Below are positions 41,933-51,091 of a stretch of 64,000 bases of DNA, piece after piece. This stretch comes from Nitrosopumilaceae archaeon (GTDB lineage Archaea > Thermoproteota > Nitrososphaeria > Nitrososphaerales > Nitrosopumilaceae), in NCBI GenBank assembly GCA_965208905.1, contig OZ242365.1:928001-992000 (forward strand). The letters run 5' to 3'. The translations under genes were made by a program, and so were the position numbers. The notes beneath the pieces are model-generated. The model saw nothing but the letters and a program-made list of their open reading frames with translations. It did no database searches and was not told where the DNA came from. Position 1 is the stretch's first letter. Every line of letters begins with the position of its first letter.

Positions 41933-42919
41933 TATGGTATCGTACTCCTCATCTATACGTGGCAGTATGTCTGTATTAGTTATGGTCTGAGCCGCATATA
42001 TGGCGCCCCCCGCGCCGGCCCCCTCTTTGGCAAAGCCCTCTGCATACGCCCGGATTCCTGCATGTCTTGAGTCTTCTAGATGTGGATTCACTGATATTAC
42101 ATTAACGCCAAATAGCTCAGCCTGCTTATGGAATGATACTTTTGGGTCATCGGCCACATATGTGGTCGTCGCCAATGTTGTGTCTTGTATGTTATGTTTC
42201 ATCTTGATAGATAAAGCTAATACGGCTAGCATCTGTGTGCCACCTGCTAATATGACATTTGATGATGATCCATTTAGCATGCCGGCCACAAACAGTATCA
42301 TGGGGTCGGCGGTCTGCGCCGCTACATTCAGATATGTGTCCATGTTTAAGCGTGACAGGGCAGCAGATACTACCCGCTCTTTTATATCTGTAGGATTGTC
42401 TGGCATTGATGAGCTCACTTTATACGGCAAGTTTAGTCCCCGTAGGAGCGCCAATGCCGTAGTGGTACCCGCAGGTATGGACTCTCCTATGATTAGATTG
42501 TCACAGAGTGATGATAATGTATGACCCACATACTCGCCTACCTGCATCGTGTATACGGCGTCCTTATACGACATGGCAGGTTTCACCTCTATGTTGTTTC
42601 CAGGTTTTATGCCTGTGTGTATGTGTGGCATCTGGGGTGACACGGCACAGCCGGCATCTATTACGATATGTGGTATATCTGCGTATGTTAGGGCTGCTCT
42701 TGTTAGTAGAGCGGGTGTGGGCTTGCCGTCGGGAGTTACCGGCAGACCTGGTATGGATATGCAGTGACCATGGTGTATCAACTCGGCATCGGCAGGTGGC
42801 GTATATATTGTATCTTGAGGGCTGGCCCCAGCAATTGTGATTCCAGGTATCTTTGCTGTATCGGTATATGATAGTACAAGTGAGAATAGGGTGCGGCCCG
42901 GCTTTAGAGTCAAGATCAT
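41915..42919 (-). CDS. cobT: archaeal nicotinate-nucleotide--dimethylbenzimidazole phosphoribosyltransferase
   Basis: IPGITIAG, TPPADAE, GESIPAGTTTA, AGGTQM, KEGAGAGG; start set at MILT (ATGA overlap). Confidence 0.88.
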   Translation of the reverse strand: MILTLKPGRTLFSLVLSYTDTAKIPGITIAGASPQDTIYTPPADAELIHHGHCISIPGLPVTPDGKPTPALLTRAALTYADIPHIVIDAGCAVSPQMPHIHTGIKPGNNIEVKPAMSYKDAVYTMQVGEYVGHTLSSLCDNLIIGESIPAGTTTALALLRGLNLPYKVSSSMPDNPTDIKERVVSAALSRLNMDTYLNVAAQTADPMILFVAGMLNGSSSNVILAGGTQMLAVLALSIKMKHNIQDTTLATTTYVADDPKVSFHKQAELFGVNVISVNPHLEDSRHAGIRAYAEGFAKEGAGAGGAIYAAQTITNTDILPRIDEEYDTILLDRD

Positions 42920-43530
42920 CCCAACAATGCAACAAACTCTTCTTCTGTGCGGGGCTGTAGTGCTAGATTGGTTGCTCTCTGTTCTTGTATGGTGCTTTTG
43001 GTGGTTCTGCCATAGTTGTGTCCTGGGTATATGGTATATGTGCCGTCTAGTTTTGATAGTCGTTGTAGTGAGTGATATAACTGCGATGCATCGCCTCCCG
43101 GCAGGTCTGTTCGCCCACAACTACCCACAAAGAGCGTGTCTCCGGTGAGAATTATCTTTTGTGTATCGTTTAGTAGAGATATACTGTCTTGTGAGTGGCC
43201 TGGCGTATGTAACACTTGTAGTTTACTGTCTCCAAAGTTTACCGTATCACCTTCGTTTATGTCTATATTGTGAGGCATACCTGAGCTGGCATGCTGTATA
43301 ATTGATATGCGTAATCGTTGGGATAATACCTGATTGCCCAGTGTATGATCAAAGTGACTATGTGTGTTGACTATATTGATTGGTTGAAGATCTTTGGCTG
43401 ATATGTAGTCTGTAATCTTGTCTAAATCCCATGACGGGTCCACTATGATGGCCTTGCTGGTGTGGCTATCATGTATCACATAAGTAAAATTTTGCATCGA
43501 ACCTACTGATATCTGCTTTATCAGTATCAT
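42916..43530 (-). CDS. MBL-fold metallo-hydrolase (glyoxalase II-like)
   Basis: THSHFDH, HTPGHS, GDTLF, YPGH; start set at MILIK. Confidence 0.9.
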   Translation of the reverse strand: MILIKQISVGSMQNFTYVIHDSHTSKAIIVDPSWDLDKITDYISAKDLQPINIVNTHSHFDHTLGNQVLSQRLRISIIQHASSGMPHNIDINEGDTVNFGDSKLQVLHTPGHSQDSISLLNDTQKIILTGDTLFVGSCGRTDLPGGDASQLYHSLQRLSKLDGTYTIYPGHNYGRTTKSTIQEQRATNLALQPRTEEEFVALLG

Positions 43531-44171
43531 TATATGATGCCCTCCTCGGCTTCGGGAGGGATTCCTATACGTTCTGTGTATAATATACCGGTTATATCTG
43601 GCCGTTTGGGAATGCCCCGTTTCATCTTGTGGAACGTCACAGTTACATCCGCATGTATGCATGCGTCGGCATGTAGACCTGTATCTGGATTCAGACCAGA
43701 TGGCACATCTACGGCCAATACAAATGCCTCTGAATTATTTACGTACTGTATGGCTGTACTGTATGGCTCTCTTATCTCTCCTGTTATACCCGTACCTAGC
43801 ATGGCATCTACTATTATGTCGTACTGTATTGTAGTATCTATACTGCCTGATATTGTTATGGATGGCATCTTTGTTAGTATGTTGTAGTTTTGTTGACACT
43901 CCGTAGTCTTTATCTTTGATGGCTCTCCCATCAGACATATGGTGACATCGGCTCCATAACCGGCCAGATGTCTTGCCATGACTAGGCCATCGCCACCGTT
44001 GTTGCCCATACCTGCTATGACAAGTATGGTTTTGGATGATATGTCATCTGTATGGCTTAGCAGTCTTTGTACGGCGGCCGCCCCGGCATTCTCCATCATC
44101 AATATTTTATGGAATCCCATTTTGTGGCCAGCATTTTCAATGTCGTACATCTGCTTTACCGATATCTCCAT
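43530..44171 (-). CDS. nnrE: NAD(P)H-hydrate epimerase (YjeF N-terminal)
   Basis: MENAG, GNNGGDG, DAMLGTG, DVPSG. Confidence 0.93.
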   Translation of the reverse strand: MEISVKQMYDIENAGHKMGFHKILMMENAGAAAVQRLLSHTDDISSKTILVIAGMGNNGGDGLVMARHLAGYGADVTICLMGEPSKIKTTECQQNYNILTKMPSITISGSIDTTIQYDIIVDAMLGTGITGEIREPYSTAIQYVNNSEAFVLAVDVPSGLNPDTGLHADACIHADVTVTFHKMKRGIPKRPDITGILYTERIGIPPEAEEGII

Positions 44172-44547
44172 GAATGTGTAGTATAATCATCCTGATAATA
44201 TCTTTTGCAAAATCGACAGCGGTTCATAATTTGTGACCTGGCACAACCCGGATAGTCCGGCCGCCATGCGAAACCCGGACCGCGCGGCACGTATTGGCCA
44301 ATCATTGATGCTTTTCCTCTTTCAATAGAATTACTTGAGACCTAAATTCCGCATTCTCTTTTTCTAAAAGATCGATTTTGCAGTATATCTTTCTTAATTA
44401 CTTTCTGAGTAATGCAGAATCTCCCATTAAATTATCTAAATTTGATACCAGCTTAACCTTTCTATCCAAATCTGTCCTTTATGTAGGCCTGAGCATATAC
44501 GAATTGGGGGCTTTAACATTAAATAATAATATCATCTACTAATATTA

Positions 44548-44667
44548 ATGCCAGATATAGATATGACCGAGTATAGGCAGATACGAGCCGAATTGGATGA
44601 GCTAAACACCAGAGTTGACGCAATCCATTCAGAAATTGATAAGATAGAACAAAAATTAGGAAGATAA
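44548..44667 (+). CDS. 39-aa coiled-coil micro-ORF (below ORF-track cutoff)
   Basis: MPDIDMTEYRQIRAELDELNTRVDAIHSEIDKIEQKLGR, clear heptad pattern, AT-rich upstream. Confidence 0.4.
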   Translation: MPDIDMTEYRQIRAELDELNTRVDAIHSEIDKIEQKLGR

Positions 44668-44847
44668 CCGATAAATTTTGTCTTCTAGTTGACCGACCAT
44701 CTCGTATAACTCTTTGATTTCATTTTTCTGCGTCTCAACCCTTCCAACAATATCACGTGCTTCTTCACTCAGCATGACCAATCTATCTTCCCCCGCACGA
44801 ATACGACGATATATGTTGGCAAGTTCTTCTCGCAGTTCTTCAAACAA
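44656..44847 (-). CDS. 63-aa coiled-coil hypothetical protein
   Basis: Heptad pattern; convergent with the micro-ORF. Confidence 0.5.
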   Translation of the reverse strand: MFEELREELANIYRRIRAGEDRLVMLSEEARDIVGRVETQKNEIKELYEMVGQLEDKIYRLSS

Positions 44848-45755
44848 TTAATCCATACTATCAAATTATTCTAGGGTGGTTAAAGGGTTGGCGTGAAGTG
44901 GCTGCGCACACCATTACAAAATCAAAGATATCAACGAGATATCAGCAGAAATTGAATTCGTTTCATCTTTGGTACCACACATCTACACTTACCACATATG
45001 TAATCACCATCTTCCAGTATAGGTTCGCCCATGGTCGATAACGCGTAGTTACATGTCGGTTCTGTAGGTGTCACATGATTGTTGGTAGATGCTTTATGGC
45101 CTGCTGGCTTTTGGTTGCCAGTTGTGGATACCGTCTCTGTCGGCCCAATATCTGACTGGCATCTTTGCCGATACACGTATGCCTCTCTGCCAGGCTCGGG
45201 CCTTTGCCAGATTGCGTATGTTATTTAAAGTCCATACTGGCCAAGATGAGTAGTTTCAAAAGAATCAGGTACACCATACAAAATGACCAGATTCTGGTCA
45301 GCAACACCAATTCGCAAGAGTACATCACGCAAGACAAATGAAGTACGTAATTTATCTGATCCTCCGCGTTTGTCCGAGAACCGGTGTCTTGCCAGTGGTG
45401 GTTATACCAGTCGAGCCGGCCACTATGATGTGTACCTTGTCACCTGTCATCTTAATTGTGATGCAGTTGCCCTTTATAGAGACGGTCTGGGCGCAGGCCA
45501 GCCTCCATAGGGTTATTGTGGTCGGAGCCTTTTCCACCTTGCCCAGCATCTCATCTGCCATTCTTTTGTTATGCGCATACCCTTACCGATCATCCACCGT
45601 GTGTATGCAATGCTGCCCATCAGCAGGTCTGAGTATGCGTATGGTCAACCCCTCTTGGAGCAGTCCATCTCATCCATCTGACTGCCCGTAGGGATCTATG
45701 ATGCCGACCCGTAGTCGGGAGGCATGCAAATTATGAAACGCTATCATGAAATCTA

Positions 45756-45960
45756 GGTTCCTACTGCAAGCACGGGGGCTCCCGCACCTACAATACATTA
45801 CACGTCACACCAGAGGACGACGGTGTATAGAGCATCTCGTTCCCCGGTCTGTGCTTGACGTTTCTCAGGGGAGCTGATGCAAGAACCCTCCACGTCCAGA
45901 CGCCCCTTAACATGGGTGCTGCCGGTATTGTCCGGCAAGTTTCGTAAGTTTAGTTGGCCA
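45756..45960 (-). ncRNA. putative omega-RNA scaffold of tnpB element 2 (5' boundary approximate)
   Basis: GACGTGGAGGG...CCCCTGAGAAACGTC stem (45896-45857) overlapping the ORF 3' end, as expected for TnpB right ends. Confidence 0.5.
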
Positions 45961-47192
45961 TGCCTAGCCCCCGGGCCAAGTTTCTTCAGCCCCACATCCT
46001 CTATGTTTGAGCCCGCATTACAGTCGGCATGATACGTGTAGCCACACTTCTTACACAAGAACCGTCTACCATCCCGGTTGTCCTTATGTGTATAACCGCA
46101 CGAGTAGCACCGTTGGCTTGTATACGCTGCAGCAACCCAAATTATTTCGCCAGTCAACTTGTACGCCAACAGTAATGCCAACAGCCCCCAGCACTGCTCC
46201 AGAATGGCCTTATTGAGACCAGATTTCTGCGCAACGTTTTTGCCGGGTTTTTCTTCCGTACCCTTGGCGGACTTTGCCATGTTTTGTATAGGAAGTTTCT
46301 CAAAGGCGGCATGTGTGGTGCTGTCCGATATAACGCGTGATATTTTATGCGCGGTGGTCTTTCGAATATTTGCAGCTTTGCGTTTGTTCTTGGCAGCCCT
46401 CTTGGCAGCTTTGGCCCACCGTCGGGAGCCGGGCTTACGATTTACACAGTCGGGTTTCTGCCTGCGTGATGCTATCTTTTGTGCCTTAGAGGCTGTTTTT
46501 TCGGCGTTGTTCATGCGGCGTGTCATCTTTTCGGGTACCATTATTACACAGTCAGGTGTGGCCACATTACCAACATTCCGGTCTATACCAATAACAGTCT
46601 GTTCGGTCACGGTTGGCTTCTCATCGGGTATATCACAGGATATGGTAATCCTCCACCCGCCATCCGGTAGTTGAAATAGTTGTGCCGTCTTGTATCGGTA
46701 ATTCAAGACGGGAAACTCCCGCGACAGTTTAACCTCGCCCATCTTGGCTATCTTGATTGTACGTGTATCAGTGAAGCGCGCTTGACCAGTAGTGCCATCA
46801 TGCGTTATCGTCAACGGGATGGAGATGTGACCTCCATATTTCTTAAAGTGCGGTTCACCAAATTCCGCCTTAGGTTTGATGTTGACAGCCTTCAGCCTCT
46901 CTGTTTTCACATATTGGTCATAATGCCTGCCCAAGTCATGTAATATTTGGCGCGTCACCCCGGATATGGACTGACGCATCCAACGCGGACCCGAATGGCT
47001 GCGCAAGTCCGTATACCACGCGCTTATCCTACCACGCGTAGTGTTGACCCTCCCGGTTCGACGGTACTCTTCCTTGAAGGTTTCTAACAGTTTGTTATAC
47101 ACGTACCTGTCCATGCCGGCCTGTCTGGCTAACATCTCCTTCTTGAACCCTTTACGAAATCTAACGCCGAATGTGTATGTGCGTAGTACCAT
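45798..47192 (-). CDS. tnpB: TnpB RNA-guided nuclease (IS200/605 OrfB-like)
   Basis: RYVYN HTH, PHFKK, RuvC-I GIDRN, RuvC-II FEKL, KSGLNKAIL...W, YTSQRCxxC..CxxC, RuvC-III HADCNA. Confidence 0.93.
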   Translation of the reverse strand: MVLRTYTFGVRFRKGFKKEMLARQAGMDRYVYNKLLETFKEEYRRTGRVNTTRGRISAWYTDLRSHSGPRWMRQSISGVTRQILHDLGRHYDQYVKTERLKAVNIKPKAEFGEPHFKKYGGHISIPLTITHDGTTGQARFTDTRTIKIAKMGEVKLSREFPVLNYRYKTAQLFQLPDGGWRITISCDIPDEKPTVTEQTVIGIDRNVGNVATPDCVIMVPEKMTRRMNNAEKTASKAQKIASRRQKPDCVNRKPGSRRWAKAAKRAAKNKRKAANIRKTTAHKISRVISDSTTHAAFEKLPIQNMAKSAKGTEEKPGKNVAQKSGLNKAILEQCWGLLALLLAYKLTGEIIWVAAAYTSQRCYSCGYTHKDNRDGRRFLCKKCGYTYHADCNAGSNIEDVGLKKLGPGARHGQLNLRNLPDNTGSTHVKGRLDVEGSCISSPEKRQAQTGERDALYTVVLWCDV

Positions 47193-47302
47193 TAGCGTAC
47201 AGTACGGTCTACATGTTTAAAAAGATAGTTGAGATGTGATATATGGCACCCATCCTTGCGGGAGGAACCGAAATCTGAAACATTAAAAATTAGGCGTTAT
47301 AC

Positions 47303-48811
47303 ATGGGGAGTATGTACTATGGCGTACCTGATGACTATGAGAGCATTCGTACCATAGGCGACCTATTGGATTCGGAGTATGAGTTTGCAGATGCTCCAAG
47401 ACAGTTGCGGGAGAATCTGATGATGAGGCTAAGTGACGATGACAGATATCCGGGTATTATAGGCCTGGACTCTGATGTGATACCCGCCTTGGATAGGGCC
47501 ATATTGGCTGGTCATGATGTCTTGCTGGTGGGACAAATCGGCCAAGCAAAGACTCGCTTGGCGCAGGTGATATCCTCCACACTACTATCTCCCATGCCTG
47601 TAATACATGGCAGTATTACCAATGATACCCCATATGATTTGCCATCTGCGCAACTTGCCGCACTATTACAGAGTGATGATATTGCTTCTGCATCATCAGA
47701 GTTCTATATCAGTCCTGAGAGTTCTGAGTATATACGGGATAATGGTTATGATGCTAAAATTAGATGGGTATCAGGTTTGGATAGATCAAAGTTTGTAGTG
47801 GCCACTCCCGACATTACTGTAAAGGATATGGTGGGGTATATCGATGTGGCCAAGGTGGCAAAGAAGTGTGTCGAGATGTATGATGTGTCAACATACTCAC
47901 CAGGTTATCTAATGCAGGCCAAACATGGCATACTCTGTATTGATGAGCTACCCGTCCTAGATACGCGCAAGCAGGTTGCTCTGCTGTCTGTACTACAAGA
48001 TGGACTCTTCACTGCAGGTTCGTATCCTGTAGTGTTTAGGCCTCGTACTGTATTATTCGCAACGGCAAATCCTGTGGATTACACGCACTCGGGGCGTATC
48101 ATAGAGCCATTGTATGATAGATTAAAGAGTCACATACGCACCAGATATCCCAATACAATACAAGATGAGATGCGTATAATACTACAGGAGGCCAACACAC
48201 CAAAGAGTGCGATAATATCTGATACCGTATTACATGTATTGGCTGGGATAATACGTAATGTGCGCGCCAGCCCACTGGTAAATCAGGAGAAGGGTGTGAG
48301 TGTCCGTATGGGTATACATGGCTTGGAGTTGTTAGTTGCTGAGGCGTATAGGGCAAGACCTGATGCGATACCTTCCCCTAGAATTTCTGATATGCATTGT
48401 CTGTATCAGGTGGCCCGCTTTGAGTTATCTGAGATTGATGATACATCTCAGAACCGACACGATACACTACATGATGTAATTAATCAAACAATACAAAATT
48501 ATGATGATAATATCAATAATGTTACAATGGAGCCGTCTGATGTGGACAAAATAAAATCAGAGTTTGAGGGAGCTGAATTTCATACATCAAATACAATGTC
48601 GTATATAGAGCAGTTGCAGACTTTTCCTACTTTATGTAATATTGTGAAGCAATTTACCAGTAATGGGAATTTTCACACCTTTAATACAAAAAATAATAGC
48701 GAAATAAAAGAGGCAGTCATGCCAGTAATGGTAGAGATTGTACTAGAGTGGTTGTGTAGACAGACGCCTAAAATATTGGAACGTCGTGACTCTAAATATG
48801 TCCTCGCATAA
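47303..48811 (+). CDS. AAA+ ATPase, magnesium-chelatase/MoxR-like
   Basis: GQIGQAKT, IDELP, ATANP, DRL motifs; paired with VWA gene. Confidence 0.85.
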   Translation: MGSMYYGVPDDYESIRTIGDLLDSEYEFADAPRQLRENLMMRLSDDDRYPGIIGLDSDVIPALDRAILAGHDVLLVGQIGQAKTRLAQVISSTLLSPMPVIHGSITNDTPYDLPSAQLAALLQSDDIASASSEFYISPESSEYIRDNGYDAKIRWVSGLDRSKFVVATPDITVKDMVGYIDVAKVAKKCVEMYDVSTYSPGYLMQAKHGILCIDELPVLDTRKQVALLSVLQDGLFTAGSYPVVFRPRTVLFATANPVDYTHSGRIIEPLYDRLKSHIRTRYPNTIQDEMRIILQEANTPKSAIISDTVLHVLAGIIRNVRASPLVNQEKGVSVRMGIHGLELLVAEAYRARPDAIPSPRISDMHCLYQVARFELSEIDDTSQNRHDTLHDVINQTIQNYDDNINNVTMEPSDVDKIKSEFEGAEFHTSNTMSYIEQLQTFPTLCNIVKQFTSNGNFHTFNTKNNSEIKEAVMPVMVEIVLEWLCRQTPKILERRDSKYVLA

Positions 48812-50087
48812 TGTGTATACGTCTGCCGGTCCACAGGTAACTGCGCAACAAAATGAGGATGAAATAAATCAAGATAATGGTGAAAAGCTACTAGAAAGAT
48901 TATGCCAGCAAGCACTAAAGGGAAAGAGCACACTAAATGATGTCAATAAGGCATTTGTTTTGATGGAGGGTGATAATAATACTGAGACTGGCGAGACGAT
49001 TGGCGATGGAAAGTCGGCCATAAAGAGACTACAAAACATGGGGTATGTTAAAGATGAAAAAAAGTGGCTTACAAAGAAGGGATTTGATGCCATTAGCCGA
49101 ATGATACTGCGAAATATTATGCAGAATGCAAAATCCTCTGGTGTCGGGGAACATATGACCAATCTGAGGGGAAGTGGTGAGATTACCATGGATATGACCC
49201 GTAAATATGAGTTTGGCGACGACCCAAAGAATTTGAGCGTACATGATACGTTATTTAATGCAATATTGTATAATGGAAATAATAAATTCCCACTAAATGT
49301 AACAACACAGGATATGGCCGTACATGAGACATACTCGGATACTCGGGCTGCCATAGTATACTGTATTGATTTGAGCTCTACAATGAAGACAAAGATGAAG
49401 GATGGTACCAGTCGTATGGAGTCGGCCAAACGGGCGCTCTGGGGCTTGTATGGTGCTAACACAAAATTATTTCCTGACGACTCGGTGTATATTGTGGGAT
49501 TTGCGTCCATGGCGGCGCGTATAACCCCATATGATATACCATACTTGCGCGCCTTTGATGCAGATGAGTTTCTTCATTATACAAATTATCAGGCAGCATT
49601 GCAGTTATCCCGTAGTATTTTACGTAATATGACATCTGAGAATAAAAAAATAATTTTAATTACCGATGGCCAGCCTAGCGCGTGTTATGTTGAAAATACA
49701 TATCAAAAAGATGTAATATTATCCGAGAAACCCTACTCTAACTTTTATGCGCCAGAACAAGATATCTTAAATCGCATATATGCAGAGAAGAGCATGCGAC
49801 TGGATGCCAATAAAGATAGGCAGGTATACCTATGTTATAGATACAAAAAGGTAGATGCGCGCATACATGCGCAGACCATACGTGAGGCGCGTAGGTGCCA
49901 AAGTGATGGCATATCCATAGATACGGTGGTAATCACTGATGAGCCAGAGCTTGTTGAATATGGACAGACATTTGCAAAAGAGACTCACGGTATGATGTTT
50001 CATACATCTGATGGCAGCATGGCCGATATTCTTGTAAGAGACTATATTGGGCGTTCACACATTTGGACTCAATGGAACATGATGTAG
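48798..50087 (+). CDS. VWA domain protein
   Basis: MIDAS DLSSTM, YTN, LITDGQP. Confidence 0.88.
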   Translation: MSSHNVYTSAGPQVTAQQNEDEINQDNGEKLLERLCQQALKGKSTLNDVNKAFVLMEGDNNTETGETIGDGKSAIKRLQNMGYVKDEKKWLTKKGFDAISRMILRNIMQNAKSSGVGEHMTNLRGSGEITMDMTRKYEFGDDPKNLSVHDTLFNAILYNGNNKFPLNVTTQDMAVHETYSDTRAAIVYCIDLSSTMKTKMKDGTSRMESAKRALWGLYGANTKLFPDDSVYIVGFASMAARITPYDIPYLRAFDADEFLHYTNYQAALQLSRSILRNMTSENKKIILITDGQPSACYVENTYQKDVILSEKPYSNFYAPEQDILNRIYAEKSMRLDANKDRQVYLCYRYKKVDARIHAQTIREARRCQSDGISIDTVVITDEPELVEYGQTFAKETHGMMFHTSDGSMADILVRDYIGRSHIWTQWNMM

Positions 50088-50365
50088 ATAAAATACGTGA
50101 TGTACTGTTTGATGAGCGCATATCACTGGCTTTGGCTGAACTTGAGTCTGGGCCAAAAAATATTGATTATTTGGCGCGTGTAGCTGATATGGATGCTGAG
50201 GTTTTAGCCAAACGCCTTGAATATGCAGTACAAAGTGGATTTCTATACTGTACTAATAATATGTACTCGGCAAATACCAAGAAACTGGAAGAGTTCTTGT
50301 CTAATGATGGACAGTTCGACTCTGTTGTGGATAGTATTACAGAGATGGATAGTTACCTGAATTGA
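50072..50365 (+). CDS. small wHTH-like hypothetical protein
   Basis: Overlaps VWA gene end; helix-turn-helix-like pattern. Confidence 0.65.
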   Translation: MEHDVDKIRDVLFDERISLALAELESGPKNIDYLARVADMDAEVLAKRLEYAVQSGFLYCTNNMYSANTKKLEEFLSNDGQFDSVVDSITEMDSYLN

Positions 50366-50855
50366 TACGGCGTCTCTGTATTATGAGATATACTGCTGAT
50401 GCGATCATGCCCACTACTCCGACCAACAACATGTATGATGCAAACAATCCCAAGGATGTGGCCACTTCATCAGGTTCAGGCCCTATCACTGCTGTTACCG
50501 ATACTGGATTTAAGTCGGTCTCTATTACCAGTGTGTATTCATGCGTCTCATCCACTGGGAATCTCTCTTCGTATACGCTCTCATCTATTGTGGCAGATGT
50601 GGTTACTGCCCGCAGTGGTCCTAGGACGGTCGCCTTGACGCTCATCCCTTCGGTGTGATCCATAATCTCTACGGCGTATACGCCACCTGCCCCCCTTTCG
50701 ATTTCAGCAGTTATCTCTAGTGGCACGCCTACCTCTACCATGCCTGTACCTACACTGAGATCATCAAATATCATGCTACTTGAAAATGTGCCTATGCCCA
50801 GTCCAGCAGCCAGTAGTGCAGCCATACTTAGTAGTAGTATAGTGGGTTTTTGCAT
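50337..50855 (-). CDS. hypothetical membrane protein
   Basis: N- and C-terminal hydrophobic helices. Confidence 0.75.
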   Translation of the reverse strand: MQKPTILLLSMAALLAAGLGIGTFSSSMIFDDLSVGTGMVEVGVPLEITAEIERGAGGVYAVEIMDHTEGMSVKATVLGPLRAVTTSATIDESVYEERFPVDETHEYTLVIETDLNPVSVTAVIGPEPDEVATSLGLFASYMLLVGVVGMIASAVYLIIQRRRINSGNYPSL

Positions 50856-51091
50856 AATATCTGAATTTTATGCTGGCATGATTAAAACTTATGCTATTAC
50901 ATGTCATATCATTTCAAAAGTCATATATGTTGCAACAATTAGCAGTATACTAAAAACAACAATTATCACACGGCAGCAGTTCCAAATACGATTGTAATAA
51001 CGTTTACAGGCCGTGTGATTGTACATGTAAAGTAGATGATTGGACATAAATTATGCAAAACTTCCCCTAAAGGTCGTTATGGAATGTAATC

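Larger units (their letters stand above)
45756..47269 (-). mobile_element. TIR-bounded non-autonomous element 2 carrying tnpB (1514 bp)
   Basis: Imperfect 23-bp TIRs (18/23) at 45756-45778 and 47247-47269; flanking direct repeat GAAATCTA/GAAATCTG (45748-45755, 47270-47277). Confidence 0.8.

Noticed and set aside
44206-44382. 11-bp inverted repeat TGCAAAATCGA
   Set aside because: Short, AT-rich, no target duplication; may be chance.
50872-50886. Partial match of last spacer (GCTGGCATGTTAAA) to the intergenic region upstream of cas1
   Set aside because: Only about 14 nt with a gap and outside the seed; compatible with chance.
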